From the human T2T-CHM13v2.0 reference genome, Homo sapiens: a stretch of DNA of 64,000 bases. Position 1 is the stretch's first letter. Every line of letters begins with the position of its first letter. The position numbers were made by a program, and so were the translations under genes. The stretch lies in assembly GCF_009914755.1 (NCBI RefSeq), contig NC_060936.1. One strand, 5' to 3'. Of this stretch, positions 1 through 15,484 are shown piece by piece. The notes under the pieces were generated by a model, which was not told the origin of the DNA, did not search any database, and saw nothing but the letters and a program-made list of their open reading frames with translations.

Positions 1-128
1 TTAATGAAAAGGAAAAGGATTACTTTGTGTAGATCTGTTCTACACTTTCTGCTCCTCCCCAAAATAGATCCTTTGCCCATGAAAGTTTATAGAAATTATA
101 ATCTCATCTATGAGGACCAAATGACAGA

Positions 129-240
129 TTCATTCAACAAATAGGCCCTCAATAGGCATCTATTGTGTGTAAGATATTAGACCAAGTGCCAAACGTACAA
201 AGACCCAGTCCTACCTCAACAGGGCTCCTGGACTAGTGAC
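129..240 (-). mobile_element. L2 3' fragment
   Basis: ttcattcaacaaata... L2 tail signature. Confidence 0.5.
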
Positions 241-443
241 TATACCTATTAAATGCTTATCATATGCAAAGCACTGGGCATGTCTGGAAGTCATTAAATG
301 CTTACAGTAATGGAGGAGTGTTTTAAACAACCACAAAAAAAGCAAAGTGACCAAATGACCTGAAAGGCAATTAAAAAAAAAATGAAAAAAATTATGCAGC
401 AGTTTTAAAGTTCATTCATCCATGAATTCAGCAAAAGAGCTAA

Positions 444-449
444 TTTATT
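444..449 (-). terminator. Probable BBS10 polyadenylation signal AATAAA
   Basis: Plus-strand tttatt; U-rich downstream element on the minus strand at about 373-391. Confidence 0.55.
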
Positions 450-680
450 CTCTCCATATTCACAGAAACAAAATAATGCATCATATAGCATAAATGTTTA
501 AAAAATCAGAATTACATTTAATATAAAAAATTTTGATATTATAGTTTTTAAAATACATTAGTCAACACTTATTCAACTATAATTAAAGTTTTTTTTCTTC
601 AGTCAATCCCAAGTAAGAATCTGTTGAATAAGTAAACTGGAAACATGTATTTAAAGGAATGAATTAAAGATAACACTGTT

Positions 681-790
681 TTATTCAACAAGCACTTCTG
701 AATACTTGGAGTAAATACAGCACTGTTTTGGGTATTACAGAGAACTGATAAAGGTAGAAAACACTGTCCTTGTCCATGATAAGATGCATC
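681..790 (-). mobile_element. L2 3' fragment within the BBS10 3'UTR
   Basis: ttattcaacaagcac...gcactgttttggg...gtccttgtcc. Confidence 0.45.
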
Positions 791-1175
791 ATATTATTTA
801 CATTGACAAGTTTTTAAAATATGAACATTTGTAAATGAAATAAATTAGAAATAAAAATTAAAAATAAAACAGAAATAAACATTAGAAATAAAAATTGTCA
901 AATTATTTGTTACTGTGGAACTCTGGCTATGCACCAGATACAAGAAAAACCAGTAAATACATGACATATCCTTACAAGCTCTTGGGGTCAGGAGAAAATC
1001 AAAGTATTAATTGCATATCCTTTCTAGTATTAACCTTTTACTACAGAAATGAAAGAGTTAACAATGCACAGTTATATTTCAGGTAACATATATTCAAAGG
1101 TATATCAAAGGTGAAAATCTATCCAAGTTTTCCAAATGAAGTGGCAGTAAACCAATGACCACATAAAAGTAAAAA

Positions 1176-1271
1176 TTAATTTTATGCTTTTTGAAAAAAA
1201 ATTTGAGCCTTTTACTCACTGCTAATTTAATTTTATGCTTTTTGAAAAAAATAATTTGAGCCTTTTACTCA
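1176..1271. repeat. Tandem duplication of about 43-45 bp in the BBS10 3'UTR
   Basis: ttaattttatgctttttgaaaaaaa(ta)atttgagccttttactca at 1176-1218 and 1227-1271. Confidence 0.9.
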
Positions 1272-1733
1272 GCTTTACAAAGTATGAGTAGGGAAAATTA
1301 ATGCAAATAATGTATTCAATATTAAAAACAATTAGAATAAGCCCACCCAAATCAGAGATTAAATGATTCTATGAACTAAACATGTAACGATGAAGGAGGG
1401 CTGGAGTGAAAAAGATACAGGAGAGTAAAAAGGAGCTATAAAGAAAAACCCTCCCCTAAACACATAGGCTAACACAGAGCTGAGACACAGAGGCATAAAA
1501 TAGGGAAAAAACAGACACACTTAGCCAAATCTTGGCTTCCCCTCTAGATTTGTTCCATAAAGTAATTTAATATTTGTATCTGGTCTGGTGACCTTAGTGT
1601 GCTTCTTCTAAAGACTTTTAAAGTTACGCTATTTTCCTAAGTAGACTGAACTGACTTTAGAACCAGTGGTCACATGACTGCTTTACTTGGCTTGAGTTAG
1701 ATGAAAAGTTTGGTTAATTAAAAACTTCTGATG

Positions 1734-3950
<2,217 letters not shown>

Positions 3951-4019
3951 CTAATTCCGAGCATACAGCGGTTTCACCCGAGGTCAGTCTTTCTAAGTAC
4001 GCATCGCCTCAGGATGGGA

Positions 4020-4760
<741 letters not shown>

Positions 4761-4961
4761 CTTGGATTCACGCATGTTCCTGTCCACATTCCCCACGAGT
4801 TGCTCTCCTTACCATAACGGAAATAATTTGTAGATGCAGGACAGGTGAGGAGAGCCTGGCCACAGCCATGAATTGCAGGCTTTATGTCTGCTGCAGAGGC
4901 TTTACCACATTTCCTAGACTCAGGTATCACAATAAAACTCTAGACACCACAAATATATTAA

Positions 4962-5266
<305 letters not shown>

Positions 5267-5373
5267 AGATTTAAATCCATTAATCACGTCGGTGATCAAC
5301 AGTATGCTTTAAAACACATGGCCAAGGATTATTGTATATAACCCAAAGACAGAAAATACTGTCTCTTATAACA

Positions 5374-5655
5374 TTTTTTTGTTTTTTAAGAGATGAAGTT
5401 TCACTCTGCCGCCCAGGTTGGAGTGCAGTGGCGAGATCATAGCTTACTGCAGCTCCGCATTCCTGAGCTCGTGATCCTCCTGTCTTAGCCTTCAAGTCGC
5501 TTTGTGCCTCACTACGCCTGGTTATTTTCTCTTTTAGTAGAGACAGGGTCTCCCTGTGTTGCCCAGGCTGATCTTGAATTCCTGGCCTCAAGTGATCCTC
5601 CCAACTTGGCCTTCCAAAGTTTTAGGATTACAGGCATGAGCCACCTTGCCTGGCC
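5374..5655 (-). mobile_element. AluJ-like
   Basis: Diverged reverse Alu. Confidence 0.88.
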
Positions 5656-5659
5656 TAAA

Positions 5660-6200
5660 ACACAGGCACTTGAGAGCATGGGCTTTGGATTCAGACCTGG
5701 ATTTGCTCTGTCATTTCCTTACCTGTGGCATTCACCAAGTAACCTCTTTGATCTCTGCTTTTCTCATCTTTAAAAACAATGGGCCTGCCGCAGTGGCTCA
5801 TGGCTGTAATTCCAGGACTTTGGGAGGCCGAGGTGGGAGATCACAGGAGGCCGAGAGTTCAAGACCAGCATGGCCAACATAGCAAAATCCCGTCTCTACT
5901 AAAAATACAAAAATTAGCTGGGCATGGTGGTGCATGCTTGTAATCCCAGCTACTCTGGAGGCTGAGGTATGAGAATAATTTGAACTCGGGAAGGGAGGTT
6001 GCAATGAGCCAAGATTGCACCACTGCACTCCAGCCTGGGCGACAGAGCGAGACCTTGTCTCAAAACAAAACAATCCCCGCCAAAAAAACCAGTGGAGATA
6101 ACATATACAAAATAAAAATCTCAAGAGGTTTTGAGTAGGTGGAGAATGTTCACTAAACACTTTGCATAGTGCCTGGCATAGTTAGCACTCAACAGATATT
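5660..6200 (+). mobile_element. MIR split by the Alu at 5782-6072
   Basis: ttttctcatctttaaaa core before the Alu; atagtgcctggcatagttagcactcaa after it. Confidence 0.6.
5782..6072 (+). mobile_element. AluS
   Basis: Forward Alu with (CAAAA)n tail. Confidence 0.92.
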
Positions 6201-6211
6201 TATATTACACC

Positions 6212-6755
6212 TGTTAGAGGAAAAGGGTCCCAATCCAGACCCCAAGAGAGGGTTCTTGGATCTCATGCAAGAAAGAATTCAGGACGAGTCCATAAAGTGA
6301 AAGCAAGTTTATTAAGAAAGAGGAATAAAAGAATGGTTACTCCATAGGCAAAGCAGCCCCAAGGGCTGCTGGTTGCCGATTTTTATGGTTATTTCTTGAT
6401 GATATGCTAAACAAGGAGTGGATTATTTATGCCTCCCCTCTTTAGGCCATATAGGGTAACTTCCTGACATTGCCATGGCATTTGTAAACTGTCTTTGGTG
6501 CTGGTGGGAGTATAGCAGTGAGGACAACCAGAGGTCACTCTCGTGGCCATCTTGGTTTTGGTGGGTTTTGGCTGGCTTCTTTACTGCAATCTGTTTTATC
6601 AGCAAGGTCTTTATGACCTGTATCTTGTGCCAACCTCCTATCTCATCCTGTGACTTAGAATGCCTTAATCATCTGGGAATGCAGCCTAGATCTTAGCCTC
6701 ATTTTACCCAGCTCCTATTCAAGATGGAGTTGCTCTGGTTCAGATGCCTCTGACG
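6212..6755 (-). mobile_element. MER41 solo LTR (ERV1), MER41A-type lacking the GAS segment
   Basis: Matches the recalled MER41 consensus end to end; 4-bp TSD CACC at 6208-6211 and 6756-6759; GGGGAGG joins directly to CATAAATAATCC. Confidence 0.85.
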
Positions 6756-6816
6756 CACCCACCAAATTACTGGAGTTGCTCTGGTTCAGATGCCTCTGAC
6801 GCACCCACCAAATTAC
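6725..6816. repeat. Perfect 46-bp tandem duplication spanning the LTR end
   Basis: tggagttgctctggttcagatgcctctgacgcacccaccaaattac x2. Confidence 0.97.
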
Positions 6817-7389
6817 TGTGGTAGGTCACCACTCTCCTGGTTTATTATTCCCACAAGTGATATTTTGTGAGATGCAGAAGATTCAACTAGCATAATGGCA
6901 CAACATACATCATCTAGAGTCGAAGCATGCCAGTATTAGCAAGAAAATGATCTTGTAGATGTTTCACGAGGTTGGACAATGAGGGGCCGTTTTCCTTAAT
7001 CCTTATTGCTATGAACAAGATAGGAGGAACCGGCAGGCCCTCCCATCTTTTTCTCCCCAATTAATAAAACCAAACCAAATGACAGCCAGAAGCAACTGGA
7101 CCCTGAGCAGAGAGCAAGAATGGGAAGAAAGGAGGGTGGGGGAAAACCAGAGAGGAATGATGTCTCGGAACTCATCTGATGTTGACTCAGTATGGACTAA
7201 TAGGTGATCTGAGGGGGGAAAAAAAAACCCTTTCATATGGATTTCGTATATGTTTAATAGTAGGGTTTTTTTGTGGTGCTACTCATAACAAAGGGGTTAC
7301 ATTACTCAATACAGATTCAAGCAGTGGATTATATTCCTGACATTTAGAAGTGAAGTGCTATTAGAGTTCTATTTAAGTGTACCACGGAG

Positions 7390-7575
7390 ATACAGATTCA
7401 AACTTGTGCTTTTACTCTTAAAGTAAGAGTCGGCTACCACTCTTACTCCGCAGCTTTTGGAGACTTTCAACCTCTCTGAGCCTCAGCATCTTCATGTATA
7501 AAATCTGGCTAACGTCCACCTAAGGTTCTCATAGAGGATTCGAGAAGAATGAATATAAGGCACCAAGCAAAGCAT
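7390..7575 (+). mobile_element. MIR
   Basis: aacctctctgagcctcagcatcttcatgtataaaat core. Confidence 0.6.
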
Positions 7576-7717
7576 ACTTCAGGGATTCTCACTGTTGAAT
7601 CCCTTTCAAGCCCTTTGCCATCCTTTGCAGCTATCCCTATCCCCACAAAAGGGGGGATTAAAACAAATTAGCAATAATTTAGTCATCATATTGTATTAAA
7701 AGTCACTTGATCACCGT

Positions 7718-10700
7718 TTGCTCTTTTTAAAAATTTTATTTAGAAGCCTACTTGTAGAAGTTAGCATAATTTTACAGATTATTAGAAAAATTCTTTTCTT
7801 TCTGCAAACAGTTATAATAGGTTAGGAATAATAGATTAGAAATGTACTACATTACAAAACAGTGGCCTATAACTATCTGTACATTTACTGTGCACCTTAA
7901 GGAAAAGAATTTGACAGTGTGCTGTACTTACACTGCAGGTAACATATTTTTATTCTATCACACAAAACTGACCAGTGGTAGTGCTTGAATTTATGAATGG
8001 CCATTAAACAGAACATTTAAACTCAGATGTATATTTAGCATGCTAAAAAGTGAAAAAAATTTCAACTGAAGTTCTGTGGCTCATCAGTTCAAATGTTTCA
8101 TGGCATTTTTTTTCTTTAAGTGAAAAATTTTGATACTGTAAAACAGTTTTACATAATAAATGCAAAAAGATAACATTTTCTAAATTTTTAGAAAGAATAT
8201 TCACATTCATTTTGTCATGGGTTTCACGTGGCTCTTCTAAATATATTAATCATATTAATAAGACACTGGTCCTATACAATTTCAACAGTCCATCTTCAAT
8301 TAAAAACTAACAAAAATAAACAGTATGTAAAGAGTAACAAAAAGTAAATTAAATATACTAAACTCACACAACAGGTAGAATAAAATGAAACCAAATTACA
8401 TAATGGCAGGTTATACATTTTAAAGAATCTCTTTCCACTTAGTCAAATAAGATAGAAATTGAAATGTAAACTTACTGATTTCTGTGGGATTTTCCCCACT
8501 GGTTCAAATTGGAAAATTTGATATAAATCTAATATTTTATTTCTGTACATTTAATATGATTCAATATAATCTGCAGTCTCATGTATGGCTTATCAATAAT
8601 GCCATCATCACTGTATGTCAAACAACCTCACTGCTTACTAGAAATGCTAAACACTGGAAAAAATGGAATTTTATACATTTGTTTTCTTAAATTTTGACAG
8701 ATATTCTTCAGAAAGTTAAAACTGCCTTCCACAAAATTTTGTGTGTATATGGCACAAGGTGACAGCCAAAAAGTGTGATTCCATCGAAAAGGCACTGTTA
8801 ACAATACTCAGAATAATCTGACAAGTCTACATCAATGTCTGAGTAAAGAATAGGTAAATAGACAAACCCCTATAAAAGATAGTATTATTGTTTAAATATA
8901 CTATAGCTATATAAAAAGAAAGTAACACACAGAAATGACCCTTTTATGACAAGCCTATAAACACCTTGAATCACATTATAGTTCTGTAACACAAAAAATG
9001 ACAAAAAATATTTTCTTAAAGGCACAAAAGCATGAATATTAAATGAGAGTTGTATTTTACAAGGCCAACTTTTCAATGGAATGCGGTTACCAACTGAGCT
9101 GTGACAAAGAGTACACTGTACCTTTATAAGTGATATAAAACAAAAAAGTACTAACATGAAATACAAATAAAATATCTATTGCTGTAACTTAACATTTCAC
9201 ATGCCCTATTTATTGTTGTTTTTTTTTTTTTTTTTACATGTCCTGGGCCAGCTACATTTTACTAAATGGTGGATGATGGCATAGTACATTTAACAGCTAA
9301 AAAGAAAATGCACATGTGAATAATTATTACTCAATTAAATTTTCATGTAGGAAAATAAAATCTTGGTAAATGAAAAAAACTGGTCATAAGGTCATAAATC
9401 CTAGAAACCCTCATGAGGCTCTCAGACAACTGGGAACCGTTTACGGTCCATGTGTGAAGGAAGATTAATTTCAGGTAAATAACATTCAAAGTCAATTACA
9501 TATATGGCTACAAAGTTAGTAATTATGTGTTATAAAGATTCATATAACTAAGCCTAGTACAAGCACTGATCTAAAATTAAGCCACCAATTCCTGAGTTTT
9601 GTGTTCAGTTCATAGAAAGAGACTCATACAACTAAAAGCATAATAAGAGGACTATTAGATTAGATGCATGCTTTTAGTGTATAAAGAACAGTCATGAATA
9701 ACTCTGCTCTTTCTTAAGAAATAGTTTTTGACTCTTTGGGTAAGAACCCATAACATTTGCTCTAAAAAGAAATTTTAAAAATAAAGAACACAACTACCTA
9801 TTTAGTCTTAGAAGATACCCATACAAATAAAATATTATTTGGACCAAATGAAAACAACATACACGTGGATAAGACCAAAGTCCTAAGAGGTGGGTCACCA
9901 GTACAAAATGTTAACAAGGTTTACTGATGAAATGATTTTTGTGATAAGCCAATCAATTTGTATGTAATTAACTAATTTAAACCATAAAAAAGATCAAATT
10001 GTACAATATTTACAGAATATCATATATCAATGAATAGGCAGAGTGTAACAGAATGTGAATACAAAAATTATATTGACAAATATAAAATATAACCAAAAAC
10101 CCATTTGTTCTAATATCATGAAAATACTGGGTATAGGTAGATCTTATTTAAGCTTTTATCAATTTAAAACATCATTTCACATGTACATATGGAATACAGC
10201 ATTATTTTGCCAAGAAAACATGGGAAATGGTTCTTCACAGAAACCTAAGGATACTTAAGATAGCTATATTGGTTAGGGAAAAAAGCAGGCTCTTTTTATC
10301 ATTTTGATTCTCATAATTTACCAATCAATGTATTTATTTACCAATCTTGTATTTATCATGGCATAAACGATTATAATTTTACTATTTCACAGCCTCCTCC
10401 TACTGAAAGGCAAATGTGGTCAGGGCAATTATTCTCTCTGACCTTCATTTTCATTAAAAAAACATTTCAAAATCTATGCTTTCAGGATTCTAAGACATAT
10501 TTTAGAACAACATATTCCTAAACTGAACTACCTTGGCAAAAATTGCTTTCAAGGAATATAAATATTTACGTAAAAACACAAAATCAAAATATTAAACTGA
10601 AGAAACAAACAAAAAAATTTGCCTTAGCCTGAACAATAGGAATCTTAAAGAATTGTGGTTTTGCCACAGAAAGAAGTTACTAAGAAGAGAGGAGGATAAT

Positions 10701-11806
10701 AAAAAAATTAAACTTCAGAACTTGATACTCTTCGTAGATACTCAACTTATTACACGTTTTACAGAAACCAATTTTAATGCACACATAAAGGCCACCACAA
10801 AGTGTCTTTTCTTATTGCCTCTTTTTGGCTTTTGAAGTAAAATACTGGTTATATTTTTTTATATTCTACTTATTCACTGAACACACTGGAGTCTAAAGCT
10901 AAAATAAGTTTTCATAATGAAAAAACATAAATTATCAGCACTTCAAATGCTCTATAAACATCTCTAGAATTTGGCCTATGTTATGAACCAGCTGACTTAA
11001 GAAAAACAAAAATAAGACAAAAGGACAGCAATCAATTTTGACCACACTTTTTTCAGCAAGTGCTTAAGGTGGTATTATAATCAATCCAATTAATTGCACA
11101 CCAGTGTTTTTATACTGATATACACGTAAGTATATATATTTACCTGCATCTACAAATATTAAATTCTAGGGGTTAAAAAAAACTTATGTAAACTTTTAAA
11201 AAAGCAATTTGCCATTTATCTCTCTCGATGTATTCATTTTGACCATTCATACTTTTTCTTTCTTTCTAAGAAGATAATTGAGCTGAGTGCTTTGCAAATG
11301 ATTTTAACAGTAGTGTATTGAATTAATTATGTCTATTATTCCATCATTTCTCAATCTGTAATTCCTTACTGATAAAACTTTTGTGCCTGTTTTATGAAGA
11401 AAATAGATTACATATATTTATAAGATTGATAGCATTTTTTGTTATGAACAATGTTAACATTATATCTCAGAACATACTATAGAATACAAAGACTACTGTC
11501 AGGTAGGAGTACATAAGAGACAATTGTGTATACATGTGGGTTTATTATACTCATATGTAGACACATTCTCACAAAAGCTAGAAATGTCCTGGCACTTAAC
11601 ACATAGCTCACTTTAATAATCAAATAGGATAGCTCTTGTTTCAGTGTGAAGATAAAAGATACGAAAAGTCAATACCTCTACATTTATCTCCTAGGTTTTT
11701 TTGTTTTCGGAATATTGTGATTTTTAATAAAGACCAAACCAACTTGAACACTGGTCCCAGGCCAAATCAGATCTTTCTAGTTCACTGATTCAATGGTAGA
11801 GAACTT
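7718..11806 (-). other. OSBPL8: OSBPL8 3'UTR, about 4.1 kb, no recognisable interspersed repeats
   Basis: AU-rich sequence from the stop codon to the distal AATAAA; end approximate. Confidence 0.75.
7735..7740 (-). terminator. OSBPL8 distal polyadenylation signal AATAAA
   Basis: Plus-strand tttatt with UGUA motifs upstream on the minus strand, at the edge of the repeat-free UTR. Confidence 0.7.
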
Positions 11807-11939
11807 CTACTTGAACATGAAGTTTATTATGACTTGAAGCAAAATCAGGAGGAAAATGATGAAGTAGTCTTTTTGTTGCAGAAAATAATCCGTGGCCGGT
11901 GTGCTTGAAACTAAATGATTTCGAAGAGCCATAATATTT
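11807..11939 (-). CDS. OSBPL8: OSBPL8 last coding exon (R|NIMALRNH...YFIIFLLILLQVIINFMFK*, TM tail anchor)
   Basis: Acceptor tttttatag| at 11940; 133 nt; TAG stop; hydrophobic C-terminus. Confidence 0.95.
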
Positions 11940-12542
11940 CTATAAAAATAAGCAACAACAAATTTTGTAATGATTTGCCAGAAATGTTGGCATAGAGCCC
12001 ACAATTTGATATTAAACAGTCACAGAGCATTTAATGTTAATAATTTTTAGTTGCTGGGTCATGGGGTGGTATGTAGGGGTGGGGGGGGCGGGGTCTGGGA
12101 CTGCAAAGAGGAATACTTAAGGGCTCAGGGAGTAAATATTTACCCAATGTTATGGATGTATTTCAATATTTCAACTGATGCATTCCAATGAAATAACAGC
12201 CATGCACAGAGGGGACTATAGAGGCCTTTGTTAACTGACTTTCTCAGAAACAATCCCACCTCCACATGCAACCCAGCTACATTCCTAGCATGCTATAGGA
12301 GTAAAATAAAGTGATTCCAATTCTACCCTTACAGAGAAAAAACAACCTCTCCTTCCTTCCCAAGTATTTTAGTGCTGGAGGAATTTCGTAAGTGTCAAAC
12401 ATCAGGTGATAGAGGCTAAACATTGTATTTTAGCTTAGCTAAATGTTATAAAAATATGAAGTCTGCATATGATTTCCCATATAACAGGATTCTTAACTAC
12501 TCCTTGGTCTCAAATGAATAGTCAGTGTCATTATATTATTAC

Positions 12543-12645
12543 CTTTTAATTTCTTCCTGTGTTTGTTTTATAGATTCGATGGAACTCTGAATGTCTCCCA
12601 GTTCTATTCCTTTCTTTCTTCTTGTACTTGGTTTTACTGATTGAG
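12543..12645 (-). CDS. OSBPL8: OSBPL8 penultimate exon (AQSVKPSTRRKKGIELGDIQSSIESIKQTQEEIK, coiled coil)
   Basis: tttttag| acceptor, AG|GTAATA donor; 103 nt, phase 1-2. Confidence 0.94.
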
Positions 12646-13134
12646 CTAAAAAGACATTTAGAATGAAGTTGAAACTATAAAAATAATCTACAGTTCAATT
12701 TAATGTGTCTCATGTAATAAAAATTTTCCTGGGCATTTGTTTTTGTAGCCTAGAGATTAGCATAGTAATATGAATACTCTGCACTTTTGAAGTTTCAAAC
12801 ACATCATTGCAATACTAGAACACTACAAATATATTTAAAGTACTACACATTAGTTGAATTTTGGATGGCACCAGTTTTTTTAACTAATTAAAACAGAAAT
12901 AATTCATTAGAAATACATATTAACTTGAGGAAGGTATTACTCTCTTCTGTTCCTTGCCCATTTGCCTACCTCTGAAGTCAGCTTCTTGAGCCCTTTTTTC
13001 CAATTTTTTATTGTGAGTGTTTAGTTACCTAAACTTTAAATCCCTTTCGACACCACTTCTGCAAATTTTTACTGCCAATCAGCAAGCTGTACATGTTTTT
13101 CCAAATTCCCTACATATGCATTCCTTCCTTTCCA

Positions 13135-13280
13135 TTTTTGTTCAGATCCTACTTAACCTCTCTGCAAGTGTCAGCTTTCTCATTTTAAAAATAGGGATAA
13201 TAATACCAGACTTCACAGGGTTGTTGTAAGGTGTATTTAACATACAGTCTGGCACAAATTAATTACTCAATAAATGTCTG
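13135..13280 (+). mobile_element. MIR
   Basis: cttaacctctctg...tttctcattttaaaaatagggataataatacc core. Confidence 0.65.
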
Positions 13281-13371
13281 CTGATACATTATAGTAATAT
13301 AGTAAAGTGGATGACAGGGTGAATTAAGGAGCCAAAAAATCTGCATATATAACATACATATACCTACTTAT

Positions 13372-13445
13372 GGGGTATGTGACCTTAGGCAGGTTAACTT
13401 GTGTCTCAGTTTCTTTTCTCGTAAAATGGGAATAACAACAATACA
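13372..13445 (+). mobile_element. MIR fragment
   Basis: tgtgaccttaggcaggttaac...ctcagtttc...gtaaaatggg. Confidence 0.6.
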
Positions 13446-14091
13446 ACCAATGCTCTCTTCTAACACACTGGTATGCCACATGACTCCTGCTTTTAAACCT
13501 TTATTCGGTTCATTCCTCTAACTACTCTAGTATGTTACCCCTACCCCACTCTCCAAGCCTAGATTGCTATAATCCATTAGAAATCTTAATAATTCATCAG
13601 GATTCTAAGAACTTTCCCTCAAACTGAATTGAGCTCCCTCTCCTTTAAACTCTTTATCACTTGTCATCTAATTTCTTAGTAATCTACCATTTATTCACTT
13701 CTAGTGTTATCTTTATAGGTTAAAATGAGCTCCCTAGTTCAGTGTAAACTCAGTAGAGATTATGGCTTAAAGTTTTTTTTTTTTTGTCATGTCACAAACA
13801 TCACTTTAATCCTTTCATGATTATATCTCAATGTAGTTCAAGATACTTTACACATTATCTGACTCGAATAAGAATGGAGTACAATTTAAGCTAGCAGTTG
13901 CTAAGTTTTATATTTTTATTGTCTGTCACTTCCAAACACTACAGTAATTTATTCTGGAAATGAAAAACATTTTTGAAGCATGGAACTGAGTTCAAAGCTC
14001 AAAAAATGCTTCTGAATTCAATCTAGGGAACCATCAGCAATTTTTCAGAGGTTAACAAGGCATAAGAGGTAGCTACTACTAGAGTGTGGTT

Positions 14092-14481
<390 letters not shown>

Positions 14482-14623
14482 TGATCTAGAATTGCTTTTG
14501 TATCTCAACCCTGCCCCGACCAAAACTCACATAACTTGAGTTAATATGAAAAACCATATTCATATCAAATTGTGTAGTAATTAAAAAGTTAGACTCTCAT
14601 TAGTCTGCAATAAATATTTTTAC

Positions 14624-14729
14624 CTTCACTTCCAGAGGAGTCTTGAATGTCAGGTTCTGGGGAGGAATAGCCTTTTGCTACTTTCTTCTGTTGCCTGGTT
14701 GGCTTATGTTTCATTTTGGGGACGCTAAC
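14624..14729 (-). CDS. OSBPL8: OSBPL8 exon (VSVPKMKHKP...DSSGSE)
   Basis: ttctttag|, G|GTAAAA; 106 nt, phase 0-1. Confidence 0.93.
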
Positions 14730-15484
14730 CTAAAGAAAAAAATAACTATTTTGTGAATTTGCACTGTATTTTGGACTAAAGACCAACTGTGTACAATTGT
14801 CAAAATTATCTGCACATAGGCATGATATTCAGAAATAAAGACAATGATGAAATAGTCTAATTCAAATTTAACAAATGTGATGCACTTATGCAATCAAATG
14901 ATCTTATTTTAATAGGAAGTACTTTGGCACAAATGTCAAAAAGTAAAATACACAATGAAGAGTATACCCAGTCTCTCTCCCACTAAATAGGTACCCATCA
15001 CTATTAGTTTATATCCAGGGATATTATTATGTATACATAAACAAATATGAATATAGATCCCCCTACCTCTGACTGCACCAGCTATTATTATTCTCTAGTA
15101 GAATGTTAAATAATAGAATGTTAAATAATAGTGTGTATAAATCATATTTATTTTGTTCCCAATGTTAGAAACATTCCCACTGAACAATGCTGGGTTTCCA
15201 GTAAAACGGTTTATTTACTTTTAATCACATCTGGGTAGTACAGAAAGTATCTTATAATAAATAAAAATGATACCATTATTTTGTAGAGCATTATTTAAAC
15301 TTACTGAAAGCATTGAAGTGGATGCACAAGATTCAAAAGTATATGAAACCATCAACTATGACTAAATTTTCCTTAGAATAATAACTTTGGACTCTATCCT
15401 ATTAATAGATTTGTAATTTTGGTGTTCAGTATTAAACTTAAAAACCTAAATGCAAGAGAAGAAACTAGAATCAGAAAGACAAGA

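Larger units (their letters stand above)
420..1733 (-). other. BBS10: BBS10 3'UTR (distal end approximate)
   Basis: AT-rich sequence after the stop, up to AATAAA at 449-444. Confidence 0.65.

Noticed and set aside
6469-6482. RFX X-box-like ATTGCCATGGCATT in MER41A upstream of a ciliary gene
   Set aside because: Both GTTGCC/GGCAAC half-site ends are broken (3 mismatches); no convincing X-box was seen in the proximal promoter either, only a GGCAAC half site near 4552
7718-11806. miR-143 site (ORP8 is a reported target in mouse)
   Set aside because: I could not find TCATCTC on the minus strand by eye; unsupported here
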